Below are positions 13,901-27,858 of a DNA stretch of 64,000 bases, piece by piece; within the stretch, counting starts at the first letter, position 1, and each line of letters starts with the position of its first letter. The position numbers were made by a program, and so were the translations under genes. Source of the stretch: Botryllus schlosseri (taxonomy: Eukaryota); assembly GCA_051294905.1 (NCBI GenBank), contig CM119372.1, forward strand, positions 16,246,001-16,310,000, read 5' to 3'. The notes under the pieces were generated by a model. That model did no database searches. It had not been told where the DNA came from and was given only the letters and a program-made list of their open reading frames with translations.

Positions 13901-16900
13901 AGCAGCATAATTGGTAGTCCTATAGCTCGCGACCCAAGCGTCCGAATACTTTGATATGACGGTGTTTATCGAAAGGAAGTGTCGCACTGATTCCAAAAAT
14001 ACGAATTGAAATCTAGCCAGGGCAATAAATCTACTCCGAAATAGCCAGCAAAGGTTGATTGTTCTGAACAACGGAAGCGCGGCAACACAATGGCCAACGG
14101 CGTCAAGCAAATGATCGGAACAATGCCAATTTTCATATTTTGGTGACTATTTTTGGTTCCTTTCATTGCCCTGGTATTCGTGCGGCCCCGACCGTACTCT
14201 GAAATTCTAAATTTGGCCCTGCCACCGAAAAAGGTTGGGAACCACTGGTCTAAATATTTCGGAAAAAACAGGCGTCATGAACAGTCGGACGGCTTGCACG
14301 AGAAATTGTCGACATAAACCATATGGAATGATCGTAAATAAAAAAAAGAATGAATGTTCTGATAATGATAATGGCACGTAATGATGAGACGTTCTTTGGT
14401 CCCTGTAAGAAAGCCGTCGGGAACTTTCTTCGCCCAATGAGCCATATTGAGCCTATATTTTCAATTATCAATGACAATCCATTGTGACGTCACAACTAGA
14501 AATTCATGACCTCATGGCTAACACAAAACAAAACGGAAACAATAAAAAGCATATTGTATACAAGGGCCACGTTTTAACCATATTCGTTCTAGATTGATTT
14601 TGTTTTAAATGCAACCCTACTTCACTCGCAAATATACCTGGCCGGACGAAGCCCGTAACTAAGCCGCCGCTGTTCGTAAGACACAGTTTCTTCATAATAT
14701 CTTGAAAAATCGGTAAACAAGTGTAAACTTTCTAATATTTATTTTCTGACTTGATCGCATCGAGCACGTGCAACAGTGGATAAATGTATGTGAGAAATTC
14801 CGCAAATGGTTTAGAAGCGACAACGCGTGACCTCAATATTTCAGAGATGGGGTCGAATTTTAAAATCCTTTAGCGGTGTTGGAAGGCTTTCACTTTCGGA
14901 GGAAAAGGGCTGCTGCCAACATATTCTTAGCACCTTCACTTTAATTTGAGACCACATCATATTTAGATGGCATTTACCTTTTAGTATCTTTTCATCTAAT
15001 TACAGTCTACTCCGGTAAATTCGGACGCTTTGGTACCGCTCACTTTTGTCTAATTAAGCGGAGAAACGACTTTGTTCGAATTAACAGGAAAATCATTTGT
15101 TCGTAAAATGGTAATGCGTAAAGGCAAAGGCAGACAACGCACGACAAACACTGCACTGCTTCGAAATAAATGTTCCACCGTAGTAGTTCAGCGTATAATT
15201 TAATGAGAAGAGTGACGCTTTCAAGTACAAATTACAGTGGCCGATGCCAGACGAAAAGGACTTGGTGCGATGGAAAACGCCTACCGGGTTGTACTAGAGC
15301 GAGTTGGGGAGGATCCCACCAGACAAGGCGTAGTAAAAACGCCCTATCGAGCGGCCAAGGCAATGCTGTATTTGACGAAAGGTTATCAACAATCGTTAGA
15401 AGGTAAATAATAACATGACGGTGCGAACGTATGAGCGTTCGTCCTCTTTTGATCTTCTCTTGCTCCGTTGTAGTGTGGCGGTCTTAGTGTAACAGTTTTC
15501 ACAATGCCGGTCTGGTATTATCATAATTTCGTCCCTAGCATATATACTCAAATATACCGTATAGTGGTTCATAAAGTGGAGTTGCATTCATACAACTACC
15601 AGTATATGTAAATGATTTTCCTGTGGTTATGTGCCATGCTCTATGTTGGCTGCGGTCATGTCTTCGCGTAATCTTATTGGCATCCAATCAAATTCTACTT
15701 ACTTTTTCAGACATTATAAACGATGCGGTTTTTGAAGAAGATCACGACGAAATCGTTGTCGTAAAGGATATCGAAGTATTCTCGATGTGTGAACACCATC
15801 TGGTACCCTTCATGGGTAAAGTAAGTTCCGTCGTCAACCAGAAAATCCCATTTCCAGTGTGGTGCTTTTCAGGTCGCGATAGGCTATCTTCCGGACAAAA
15901 AAGTTTTGGGACTCAGTAAATTAGCCAGGTACGTTTCATAGTGATAAACGGTATGATATGAGCCGGTAGAGCTACTTCAATAATTTTTAGGAGATTTCCT
16001 ATCTTGTGGTATTAATCGCTAGAGTGTGAGTCTGTTGCCCTTGTCGAAATCCTAGAATTTATGTCTAATATTGCTTTCTGATAATAATTGCTCATTCATG
16101 TCCGGCCGATATAACAGTTTTATTCTATCATATGGAAAATTCATCACCTTCAAGCTGTTTAGGCATCTGCACCAGACAAATCAAATCCGTCGAGTTTTAT
16201 CAGAATTTTGTATTATTGAAAAAATGTTGGTGCCGCACCAGCAACCAATATTTGCTGTACGCCATATCGCAATAATGAACTGCCTTGGAAATGGCATTCC
16301 CAAATACAAATTCAAATTGCAATCCGCTTGTTCGGTAGCTTGCCAGCAACGTAGACTTGTTGCACAACGTTCTTTTACCGCCAAAGAATATGTGAATTGC
16401 CAATATTGAGACCATGTCGTATTGGAACCGCAGTGCCACTATAAAATTATGATATGCGGCTCTAACAGAAATACAATCAATGCTATATGTAGCTTTCAAC
16501 AGGTTCTAGGCACCTGTAGCTAGCTAAAGTGTGCTGTGGTATCACTTTTCATTGGTTGGCATTCTAAAATGCTGTTAACCAGCCGGATTGATTAGTGTGG
16601 GTGGTGGATCATCACATCAGTTAATACACAAGCATATGGCGTACACGGTATGTAGGATCGGAGCAACTATTCGTTGGACGCCGCATCACCAATCACAATC
16701 ATTGACGCTGACTGTAGGCAACTCTGCCGCTGCGCGTCGGCCGTTTACCTGACGATCGAGCGACGCCGTACCCGTACGACCAACGCTGTTTATTGATGTG
16801 TTACTTTCATCCGAAACCTGTTGATGTGATCGGTTGATCAACAAAGTGAATGGCAACGTATTCCCCGACCCTAGACCTTAGAGAAGGGGTGTCGAACACA

Positions 16901-19900
16901 ACTTGCATCGCGGGCCGGATTCAAACCTTCAGACATCTCGCACGCCGCACCAGTCGACTGATTCTAAAAAATTGCCTCAAAATCTATACCGTTGCTTATC
17001 ATTGAATTCTTTATTATTAGTATATCATTAATATTATCTTTATAAGCCTACTAACCTAGCTACGCCGATATTCGCAAACAATGGAATTGGCAATATTACG
17101 ATGACTCGCCGGTTGAATACAGTTATAAAATGCTAGAACAGTGGCTATAGCAATGATATTAGTTGTTATTTTTCTATGTCCCTTTTGTTTTAGCGGTATA
17201 CTTGCGTCAACCCTGCGTATGCGTTGTGAGTAATACACGAGATTTAATTGTAAACGCGGGCCTTGTAATTTGCTTTATTATTATTGAATCGCGATTCGGG
17301 TTCTCTAGGGACCAGGGACCTTTTGAGTTGGAAATGGTGCAGCAGTGCGACCACAGATATTTGAATTAAACCTCGCTTCTGTTTTTTGGGTCGATTTTTC
17401 ATAAAACTCTAAACTCTGTATGCACTATTTTGCTTTCTCGGAATTGGATGACAATGCAGGGATGTCTAGTTCTAGATATTAGGGATGGTGTGAACCTCTG
17501 AAAGGTTCAGGTTCGTGTGAACGTGAACCTTTTTGAAAGGTTCTGTGTGAACACGAACGTGAACCTCATGACGTCACCTGACGTCATATTGCTAATTTAA
17601 ACCCCATATTTCTATTAGGTGATTGCCTATATTAATCTACTGTACATGATACCGAGCGACGACTCGGGGCCACATAATGGCTCAGTACTTAAGTACATAT
17701 TGACGTTTGAAATGTCGCCAAATGTGTCATCTGCGGCAATCAAATGATATAATAATCCCATAAAATCAATATCTTGCGTCGCTTTGCCAACAATTTCGAC
17801 CTGATCGGACAATGTATTCGGCGTCTGAGTATTGCCACATGGATATTGAGCAAAGTGTAAAATGAGTTTCTATATACTTTCTACCGATTAACAAGTTATA
17901 CAGCAGTATAGCCAACACCCCAGTAGCACGGATTTGTTTTTTATAATACAGTATACATATGCAGTCAAGATTGACCCCGTACGCCTGCTAGATTTTTACA
18001 TCAGAAGACGATATCAATCTCATTGATTGGTTGAATAAGGATCATTTGCTGACAAAATACAGTGGATTTCGCTCTTGGGTGGGTCAAGCTCACAGCACAG
18101 AGACACTAAATATGTACAAACGGAAGGCTGGATATTTCGAGAAAACTTAACAGTACCAGTAAATTTTTGAGATTGTCAAGGGCATACTCGTTTAGTGTTG
18201 AATGTTTATGCTGTCAGCCCCATGCATAGAGTGGCCCGCAGTTGAAAGTCAATAAATTTGAACCAAAGATGTTATAATGAAGTGAAAATTGCAATGTACG
18301 AAAAAGGTTCACAGTGCAGAACCTACCAAGGTTCTGTTGTGAACGCGAACCTCAAATTTTCCGAGGTTCACACACAGAACACGAACGTGAACCTCACGTT
18401 CACACCATCCCTACTAGATATACCTGTGTCAATGTTAGCGACGACTTACTCCTAATGGGGACTAGGGAGAAACCCAAGACATCACTGCCGGGCGGTTATA
18501 ATGCGGCCAATGAACATAATCTACATTTGCTGTCGGGGGGAAAGTGTTTATTGCTTCGCGGTTCCGATGAAATGGTCTAGCGAGCCGTATGCTTGACACC
18601 CCTGCCCTAGACTGAACGTGGCGTAGTCTCGTACTAGATATCCAAACTCGCCATACGGTTGGTGACCCCGACGTTATCGTCAGGTAGAAGGCCAGCTCGT
18701 ATTGCACGATGGTCTTCCTTGCATAGGCACAGTTGCAGAAGGATTGCGCACAATCAGCGCCAATTATTATGATTAGTGATGCGGCTTCCAGAGAATAATT
18801 GCTCAGATCCGCCTTGAGGGCTAATTCCATATAGAAAATATCGATTTTGTGTCGCCATGACATTACAAATTTTCTATTGTTGTTTGACATAGTATTATGA
18901 CTTTTATGGAATTACAAAAGAAAATGGATGACCAATATGACCCTTCTGACGACAAAAGATCGTGTGGAACACTCTATACAATTATTTATAGTTTTATGAG
19001 TTACAACTTCTTTCAATATGCATCATTCTCTAGGTCGTGTCATACTGTAGATTTGAGAAATTTTCTCAGCAATAAATTTGTCCTTGTGTGGCAATCACGG
19101 CGGATGGGTTCTAAATTCCACGTCCTTTGCAACAGAGATGCATTTCGATCTAATTATCACGATTTTACTTATAATAATAATAATGATACTATCGCTGATA
19201 ATTGGTATCGAAATATATTGACAAATAACCCCGACCGAGACAAGGTATTGGTAGAGCGTCGGCTTCTTCATCGGTAGGCTCGGTCAGATTAAAACAAATA
19301 CTTGTACGCAAAGCTGGTATCTGCCCCTCCGAAAGTAGGCGCCCAGCATTTAGCCGTGGTATTGCATGATGATTATTCTTTAGGAAGATATTACTATATT
19401 TTCTTTCTCGTGGAACGCCATGTGTTACCAGGGTTGCATTTAAAACAAACGGTTGTTTAAACCACTTTGTTTAAAACATGCTTTGAACAGTGTTTCAAAC
19501 AAAGGCTTTTTTAAGTTGTATAAATACGCCATAAGTGTGTAAATACTTTCCAAAAAACATGCTCTATGAGCCTACGGACGATTACCACCCGATATAGCCG
19601 ACGTATATCGATATCGGATGGTTGAAACCCTCAAAATAGTTGGTTCAACAGCTATAGTACGTAGATAGAGATCATTGGTATGGAATGCATGTTTTGATGA
19701 TGATGATGATGATGATGAACGGCGACCGTAGAAATGATGCATGACGATATAGTCCTGGTTAAGGATATGTTTGGTCCGTATATGACCGGGTTGGAAGACT
19801 ATTTCGTCAAAAGACCTGTATTTACTCCATATTCTCAACTGTCAATGTCAATACACTGTGGCGTCAACATTGATTATTTGTGACGTCACTGCTTAAAAAA

Positions 19901-22476
19901 AAAGTTTTAAACAAGGCCCTTGTTTTAAACATGTTTGTTCCAAATTCATTTTTGTTTTAAACACAACCCCATCTGTTACAGGGCTAGTCAAATGGCACAA
20001 TTTATTCGCAATTTCATAACGTTCTTACATATGCCATCCAAACCCACTATGCAGAAGCTTGTTTGCAATGTTCACTCTCGCTGAAATATTGAGGCCCCAG
20101 TGATAGCTTCTATATCAATCATCACTTCGGAACTATTACCACGGCCATCTGTAACTTGGAGCTGCTCCCTTGTAAAAGGGGGAACTAATTTATTTTCGGC
20201 AGCACCATCGAGTGACTGGGAATATGGAGATCCGCAGGAACCTTTAGGTCACAGAGTCAGCACCGTCATTGTTCCCGAACAATTTATCTGGAAGTCCTGA
20301 GGGTCTAACGGAAAAGCTGCGGATACCAATTTTATGGCAAAGCATTTTGTCTTACCTGGCCGTGGACGGGACCCATATAGGAGGCGTGCAGTACCGGATA
20401 AATTGTAAGGCTCTCTCCTCCTGATTATTATTTTTATTCCAGAATAGTTGATATGTTCGGACGAAGATTCCAAGTGCAAGAAAGACTCACTCGTCAAATT
20501 GCATCAGCCGTAGAAGAAGCAATCGGCGCTACTGGCGTAGGAGTAGTCATTGAGGCGCAGTAAGAAAGCTTTAATCACTATTCCCGGCTATTACCCTTTT
20601 ACAATCCTTACATAACCGAGAGGCAACTTTAATGCTGTAGTGTAGATCAATCGGCCGCATAGGCTTGCAATATTTAGGTTTAGTGAAAAAGGCCGTAGTT
20701 GCTGAGCACCATAATCGCCATATACATACATACACCATACGTAACCTCAAACTAGATACAATGAGATTTCAAACTACCAAGGTGCTCGTACCTTTTCCAT
20801 TATATACCTCTACACCAGGGGTGGCCAGCCTACGACCGTAGAAGGAAATTTTGCGGCCGTGGACACGTGATTCAATTAGTATGTGTTGGCGGCCGTCGAC
20901 CTGCAAATTTAATTTCGAACTGATTTTATTTATTCCTGAAATTTTCTTCACGCCATGCGCGCTTCAATGCGACTCCATTTTTCGACTTTATTATAGAAAC
21001 GCCCTTTGCAATCTGAGCCCCACAGTACAGATCTGAACAGCAGAGGGAAGTAATGCACCCCATATAGAAATACCAACTCGGAATCATGTGCTCCTCACGA
21101 AAGAAATTTGTTTCTGGTACGTTTGGGCGATTCCAATGTCTTCCCATGAGGTGGACAATTATTTTTCCCGGCCGGACAAATGTGAAGCAGAAAATGCGTC
21201 GGCGGACAGCGACAGAATTCTAGACTAGGCTATGTTTTGCGGCGTGCAGTTATATATTTCTCAATAGAAAGCAGTGAATTACATTGTTAACACGTGTTTC
21301 TATAGATCAGGGGCGGGAATTATTTTCCCCGGCGGGCCAAATGCGCAGCGAAAAATACATAGGCGGGCCGAGACAAAGGGAGTGCAGCTTTATTTCTAAA
21401 TTGAATGTAACGAATTACATTGTTAACACATGCTGCTAAGTGGATGAGTTAATATTAGGTTGCGACGCGAGCTCTGTGTGGCTTGGTAAAATAGCCGTGC
21501 TGGTTTGTTAGCTTCGCTAGGGAACCCGAGTTACGCTTACGACTTTGGTAGGTTATGTAATCACGGTACATAAATAAGCTTGAATTCAAAGTAGACGCAT
21601 TTCCGTTTTAGTTTATGGTTTTGGTCCACACATTGCTATTCAAAATTCCAAGCAGATATTCGCGGTCCACTCGGGAATTATGTCGCGGGCCTCAATGTGC
21701 CCAGGTCTGCACTATATAACAACAATTCTGATGGGAGGTCAAGAAATAACAGCATGCAACAATGCGACTAAAGACAATTGGCTCACCATGCATCTTCATT
21801 TATAAATCGCCCTACATTTTCTAAAACATCCCTTCCATTACCTCTACTGATGAGTTTGATCACATGGGCTAAGAAAGGATAAATATTTGATAGTGGAACC
21901 AATATTATTGACGAAATTCATACGTGAATCTGAAAAACGTTTTGCGCCTCGCGCTACCATAACCAATCCCATGACAGGGCCACTCGCGAGTTCAGTGAGT
22001 ATATAGTAAGCGGCTATCAATGAACAGATTAGTCCGGAGTTCACCGGAAGTCGACATAGATAGTTTACCACGGGTGTTGGCGCCCAGCTAGTTAATTACG
22101 ACTATGTCCGAGAATGCGGCCTTAGGCTACACGAGTAATCGAAATGCGGCCAAGGTTCTGCACTCAACAGTCTACCTAGATTCTGCCAAAATAGTGTATG
22201 TTCTCACCCGAAGGGTGGTACACGAAAACATAACACTCTTTCGGCGGCGTTTCTATAACATCAGTTTTTTGCATGCCGTTAATTGAAGGCGGCTCGAATG
22301 TTACCGAAAACCTCACAAGTGTATTATACAATGCTGTGTTCAGACACATGTGCATGGTGATGCGTGGAGTCCAACAAACGATGTCCAGCACGTCAACGAC
22401 TTGCATGTTGGGAGCTTTTAAAGACGATGCCAGAAAACGCGACGAGTTCCTGGCTCTAGTTGGAATCTCAAAATAA
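10931..22476 (+). CDS. GCH1: GTP cyclohydrolase I, 200 aa; join(10931..10952,15238..15402,15711..15820,15873..15928,20443..20559,22344..22476)
   Basis: Spliced translation [200 protein letters not shown]. It has the GEDPxRxG, CEHH, GLSKLAR, QERLT and HMCMxMRGV motifs. All introns are GT-AG, phases match, total 603 nt. Confidence 0.96.
12999..13138 (-). mobile_element. 5'-truncated S1 SINE with (CCAA)n expansion
   Basis: 3' tail matches S1; TSD ACCAACGGGT at 12989-12998 and 13139-13148. Confidence 0.75.
15238..15402 (+). CDS. GCH1: GCH1 exon 2
   Basis: TTACAG acceptor; encodes [42 protein letters not shown] donor. Confidence 0.92.
15711..15820 (+). CDS. GCH1: GCH1 exon 3 (CEHH zinc-ligand motif)
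   Basis: TTTTTCAG acceptor; [43 protein letters not shown] donor; 110 nt. Confidence 0.97.
15873..15928 (+). CDS. GCH1: GCH1 exon 4
   Basis: Follows a 52-nt intron; [25 protein letters not shown] donor; 56 nt. Confidence 0.96.
17480..18413. mobile_element. Family B MITE in GCH1 intron 4
   Basis: TSD CTAGATAT. Confidence 0.92.
19429..19971. mobile_element. TTTAAA-rich MITE (family D) in GCH1 intron 4
   Basis: Starts CAGGGTTGCATTTAAAAC; TSD TGTGTTAC / TCTGTTAC. Confidence 0.85.
20443..20559 (+). CDS. GCH1: GCH1 exon 5
   Basis: TTCCAG acceptor; [44 protein letters not shown] donor; 117 nt. Confidence 0.96.
20816..22000 (+). repeat. Interspersed repeat family G (other copies about 42141-42389 plus 46711-47010, and about 57628-58270)
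   Basis: Shared blocks AATTAGTATGTGYTGGCGGCCGTC, GCAATCTGAGCCCC, ATGGGAGGTCAAGAAAT and TCACATGGGCT. Confidence 0.7.
22344..22476 (+). CDS. GCH1: GCH1 exon 6 (last coding exon)
   Basis: TTCAG acceptor; [11 protein letters not shown]...[15 protein letters not shown]. Confidence 0.96.
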
Positions 22477-24159
22477 CATCAAATTGCCACAGTCACAAAA
22501 TTCGAAAGTCGAGTATTATTTTTGCAGGTTTCCGTTAATGTAAAAGCTGTTACATCATTGCTGTTGTTGCATCATTCTGTATTTCGGTCAGACTTATTTG
22601 CTCTGTTCGAAATTCCCCAGCAGGGAATATACTATAGCTATCCTAAGATTTACGTGTCAATTTGTCGTTGTTGTTATGAGTATGCTACAGCTAACCCAGA
22701 ACCGAATGTATATCTGTCTTCTACAAGTATCGAGCTCTATGTGCCGGAGTCGCATCTTCTCATTTCACGCTTAATACATTTCGTGCAAGAGCTTTACGAG
22801 TCCATTTCTTACTAAATAGGCCGTGCTGTCACGATAAGTTGACTCAGAAAAAAGATGGAAGCGAAAGTGGTATATAGTTCCTGTGTCTTCAACGTGCACT
22901 GTCAGTCATCCAACCCACATGACCATTGCTTTGTTCGAACGGAGTCTAGCATAAAATTGAAAATCTGTACCATTACTCAATATATTTGGCAGGGGTTCTC
23001 AAAATTGGGTATGCATACCCCAGGAGTGGGCGACAAAAAGTTCTGAGGTAGACCTACTCGAGCAATTTCATTTTTTCTGGGGCTGCAACGATTTTCTTCA
23101 ACAGAGATTTCAACGCTTATCTGACTAGCGAGAAAACAGTTTTAGCTTACCAAATGCAGCGTTTATAGAGGCTTAAACAGCAATCAGAATGCAAATGTAT
23201 TCATGATGAGTCCAAAATGTCTAGTAATTCGGTGACATCATTGATCATCCATGGTGCGTTGATGACGTAAAATTTTATGTGATGTAAAAATACATGGATC
23301 TAGTAATCTGTACATTATTTATAAGGGCGCTAGCTTTAAGGTAAATTTTAAGCTAACACTAACACATTATGGCAATTGTGAGGTATACACTTTATATCAA
23401 CAGAGGATTGCAATTGTCGTGCAAGTCGCTTGCACAGCATATGTGCACACACGGGCAGATTCTAATACTCATATACGCGGGTATTCTATACCTATAAGTC
23501 GTGGAGGTGTCGACCGATGTAGGTATAGCTTAATCAATCTCAACATTCCTCCAGAAAGTAAGGTATACAACCGGCGCCTTTCCCTGAAACTAATGTATTA
23601 CCGAATTTAATATCATAAACTTATGAATGAATACAAAACGATTTCCGGCATTCATCATAAACCACTCAAAACTCATGTCTCCAATTCCCAGGATAAAGTT
23701 GTCAACGGTATCATCAGACGTGGAGTATCAGTATAGGAAATGTTTTATTTATATACTACTTGAATGCCATTCGCTACTTACGTAATATACTAGTGCGCCT
23801 AAGCAAATGATATAATTTTTCCACTTGCATAATATGCAAACTTTTTTTTCGATACAATTGTTCGAATGACGTAGCAGGATTCGAGTTTCTTATTTGGTCA
23901 TTGCTTCTGGATTATGGAATTGGGATTTTGATGAAGGAATTTACGGTTGTGATTCTATAAAATTACCGGACAGCTTAAAAACTCATTTTCAACATTTGTT
24001 TTCGGAAAAAGTCTACCGAGCTTTGGATGCAGTCTTGTGATCGTGTATTTTGAATTAACTCCTGTTCATAATCGAATTTACTTCTTTTCGTCGATGAAAC
24101 TGTCGTCGTTTTTAGTTTATATACAGTATTCTTTCACCTGACAGGCTATGAGTCAAGAC

Positions 24160-24707
24160 CAGGGTTGTAATCAAGTCACATGGCTCTGAGTCACAAGTCA
24201 ATCATATTTTCATAGTTTTGTTTCGAGTCAAGTCGAAAGTCGAAGTCATCGAGTCTATACCGAGGCCAGGTCGGGGTGGGGAGGGTCGAGTCCGAGATGA
24301 TTAAATTGTGATCGTCGTTTATCTTCTAGTTCAAGTAATGTTCGACCCACTTTTTACAATTTTGCTTGGATGATATCGAATGCCACGCATTTATGATAGG
24401 CTAATTTCCGTCATTCTTCACAGTTTCTGGCCCTGATATTCATGTATTGGTATTATTAGACGAAAAAACGGCAATTTGGATCGTTGCTATTCTTCGAAGT
24501 TCCATTTAAATGCCTGTCTTCACCGTCCAAGTCTCCGGTCATATGACCTCGTCGAGTCATGCGCAATGACTCGAGAACAAGTCCAGTCAATACACAAATT
24601 AACTCAGGTCTAGTCGAGTCATTTTCAATATTTAATAAAATAAGTCGAGTCAAGTCGAGTCAGGAAAAAATCGCGACTCGATTCGGACTCGAGTTATTAC
24701 AATCATG
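24160..24707. mobile_element. GAGTC/AAGTC-repeat MITE
   Basis: Starts CAGGGTTGTAAT; homologous to 41506-42038. Confidence 0.75.
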
Positions 24708-25001
24708 GCTAAGTTGATCAGTCTCATTAGGAATCCTCCATGAAACTAGATTCAAGTTTCCTTTTGCTACCTGATTGGCAGAGGCGGTCAAACGGCTACT
24801 CAAGTAGAAGTAGAAGTAGCGACGCAAAAATCTACTCAAGTACGAGTAGAAGTACTCTTTTTGAAAGCTACCTAACTGAAGTAGAAGTAGAATTTCCTGG
24901 CCTAAAATCTACTCAAGTAAGTAAATAGTTTTGGAAACAGTCATAACACGTTTACATGGACTGTCAAAAACTGCAAATTAAGCTATACGGAAGGTGTAGA
25001 G

Positions 25002-26034
25002 CAGGGGTGTCAAACATACGGCCCGCGGGACGCATCCGGCCCGCCAGACCATTTCATCCGGCCTGCGAAGCTATTTTGAAAAATGGCTGTATTATCAAGC
25101 ACATTTCTTACACATGTTAAGATTTATCATCACATAATCCCTCAAGATAGCAAATGTCGAGTATGTGCAATTGTGCGTAGACCATATTATAGGGTTACCA
25201 TACGTCCTCCTTTTCAAGTTTTTGAAAATGTCCTCCGAGCTTTTTTTTAGTTAACCACCTATAAATTGTAAAGAAAAAAAACTGTATTTTGGGTGCTGAA
25301 CGTGAAAGTCGACCTTTTGTTATTCAACGGTCCGCGAATTGGGAAAAATTCACCATTTTTTTAAGATTTACCTCCGGCATTCTGAGTTAGAAAATTTTGA
25401 AAAAGTGTCTTCCGTTCCCGATTCTAAAATATGGTAACCCTACCATATTATAACCATCCGAAAGTCCAATTCCGAGAAGGCAAAAATACACACTCAACTC
25501 CGAGTTTTACGGAAAAATGAAGCAAAAAGTAGTTATTCACAGAAGTGAAACCACCATAATTAAAAACCGGTATATGCAGGTTGCATGGAGAATATAATTG
25601 TTACACAAAAATATAATTCAAGTATCTGTGGACGCCCTCCCAATTTCGCTTATGATTTAACAGAACCTCTGCATACGGAGAAACCCGAATCGCGATATAA
25701 TAGTAATGAACCAGTGTTACCATATCTGTCGTATTCCTCATAGCGCATACAAATGAGGTTTATCGTCTTTAAAGCTACTCTTTTAGCGGTTTATATTACC
25801 GTATTTAACCACCCAGAATCCGAATTTTGGCAATTCCATTGTTCGCTAATGAAGGTGTTGCTAGAGTAAAACCCTATGATTCGTTATAATGTAATATTTA
25901 ATTGTGTGGGCTTAATATTTGAGTATTCAAGCAAAAACAAAGGTATGGAATTTCAATCATTTGAATGGTCCGGCCCGCGAGCGATCAGATGGTTTGAATC
26001 CGGCCCGCGACGCAATTTGAATTTGACACCCCTG
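25002..26034. mobile_element. hAT Buster-type MITE (CAGGGGTGTCAAA TIR)
   Basis: TSD GTGTAGAG / GTATAGAG; CGGCCCGC repeats. Confidence 0.9.
25190..25442. mobile_element. TAGGGTTACCATA MITE (third nesting level)
   Basis: TSD CCATATTA. Confidence 0.9.
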
Positions 26035-27589
26035 GTATAGAGAGTTTCATTCATATTGATGCATCACATGAGGTATCAATTTTCGAGAGTATAAGCATTC
26101 GTCCGCATCATGGGATGCAAATGATAGTATCGCTATGTAAATCGCTATGGACAGTTGGTCACTAATCTTTATTTACCCGAACATCCCGCTTTAACAGACG
26201 TCATGGTGCGGCGCCCGCACCCATATTATACGGCCCATATTTTAGTCGAAGAGCAATAGCAAGAAGCTCTATCTGATACCGTGTTAACACTTTGCGAGAG
26301 TGATATACGTTAATATAAAATATGGCGGATCGTAAAAAAGCCATACCATATTGTAATTTATTTTACGGAGAATATAGAGGCATCACTAAACTTGCTTTTA
26401 AACTACAACATGTAAATTCTCCAGATCCAGGAAGGAAGGAACTGAAACTAATTAGAACTCAAACTAATGATACTGCGAATGAAAAGAGAAATACAAACAC
26501 TACTTCCGAAAGTGGAAAATGTGTCATATGTCTTTTTACGAGATAGCTTCAACAGTGGTCTCATAAAACAGGTCTCACGCTCAAAAAGTCAGAGACCACT
26601 TTTACAGATTAGGACACGCCATTCTGGGCTGCTAGATTACGATATGATAGGTAAATGCTATATTGTGAAACTACTAGTTTCAAACGTTACGAGGGGCCAT
26701 ATTTACTGTGATGAACTATTTCGTATGAGCGACAATGCGGTGTGAGTAAAGGGAGCCACGCTACCGCTACCTAAATTATAACCTATTCACCAATACTTTC
26801 GTGAAAACATACTTGTCACTTGATATCTACTTTGCGCGAAGCGCGATGAAAATTCCGGGCTTTATTTAACTTTCATGAAAATTAAATGTGGGTACTCCAT
26901 GAAAACAGCCCCGAAATTCCTCATTTTCGCTTTCAAATTGGAGGGCTATTCTACTTCTACTTGACAAACTGAAAATAGCGAAAAGTAAGTAGGTAGATCA
27001 CAAAAATATTACGAAGTAGAAGTAGCGAAAATGAGATTTACTTGAGTAAGTACCACAAGTAGTGTGAAACTACTTGAGTACTTCGAAAAAGTAGAAGTAC
27101 TTCGTTACTGACCACCTCTGCTGATTGGTCACTTTATTAATTTGCTTAATCGTCTTCGCGAAGACGACAAACTTTCAGAAACACCCAACATGTTCGCAAA
27201 ACATTCTACCCATTTGACCACTATGCTCGACTTAACATCGTTCAATGGCGAAAGAAAACTGCGCTGCGTAACTGAAATATTGATAATACGCGGCAAATAC
27301 TGATTAAGTTTACTTACAAATATTTTCTATTTGTTCAGTGGACCAACTTGAAAAAATGTTTCCAAGCTTACACTACGTCGTAGACTCCAGCTACCAAGTT
27401 TGAATGATTGAATGATTGCACGAACGAGAACGGAAAGCAGTCGCTATCGTCGGTACGGTATCGTCGCAACACAGCGGGACCGACATCCGTGACGATATGT
27501 CATCGCGAGTCATTAGCCTGCGGCAGCAGTACTTGAATTGATTAACCGATCTGTTCCTTTGTCCAGACTGATGTTATCAGCGTTGGCTA

Positions 27590-27858
27590 TGTGGCGAGAT
27601 AGCGTAGTGACACAGCTGCACACATCTGCAGCAACAATAGGGTTATGACTTCGATTCCGATCGAGGTCGCCTCCACAATTCCTTCCCAAGTGTGGAAGGT
27701 GTATATTTAGGCCCCTTCTCACCATCTTATCCGCGTAAGCGTCTTGAAAAATCTTAGAATCAGACCGTGCTTCCGCAGTCCGCAGCTTCGTAAGAATAAT
27801 AGGGATTGTCGGCCTGGTGTAGGCCAAATGAATATCATGAATATCGCATACAATAACA
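27590..27858 (+). mobile_element. Diverged S1 SINE
   Basis: TGTGGCGAGATAGCGTAGTG head and a collinear body; accounts for much of the 144-aa minus ORF. Confidence 0.75.

Larger units (their letters stand above)
24779..27120. mobile_element. Family A element, opposite orientation
   Basis: TSD CTGATTGG (24771-24778 / 27121-27128). Confidence 0.9.

Noticed and set aside
18462..19277. 142-aa and 126-aa ORFs in GCH1 intron 4
   Set aside because: No motifs or splice context; consistent with chance ORFs.
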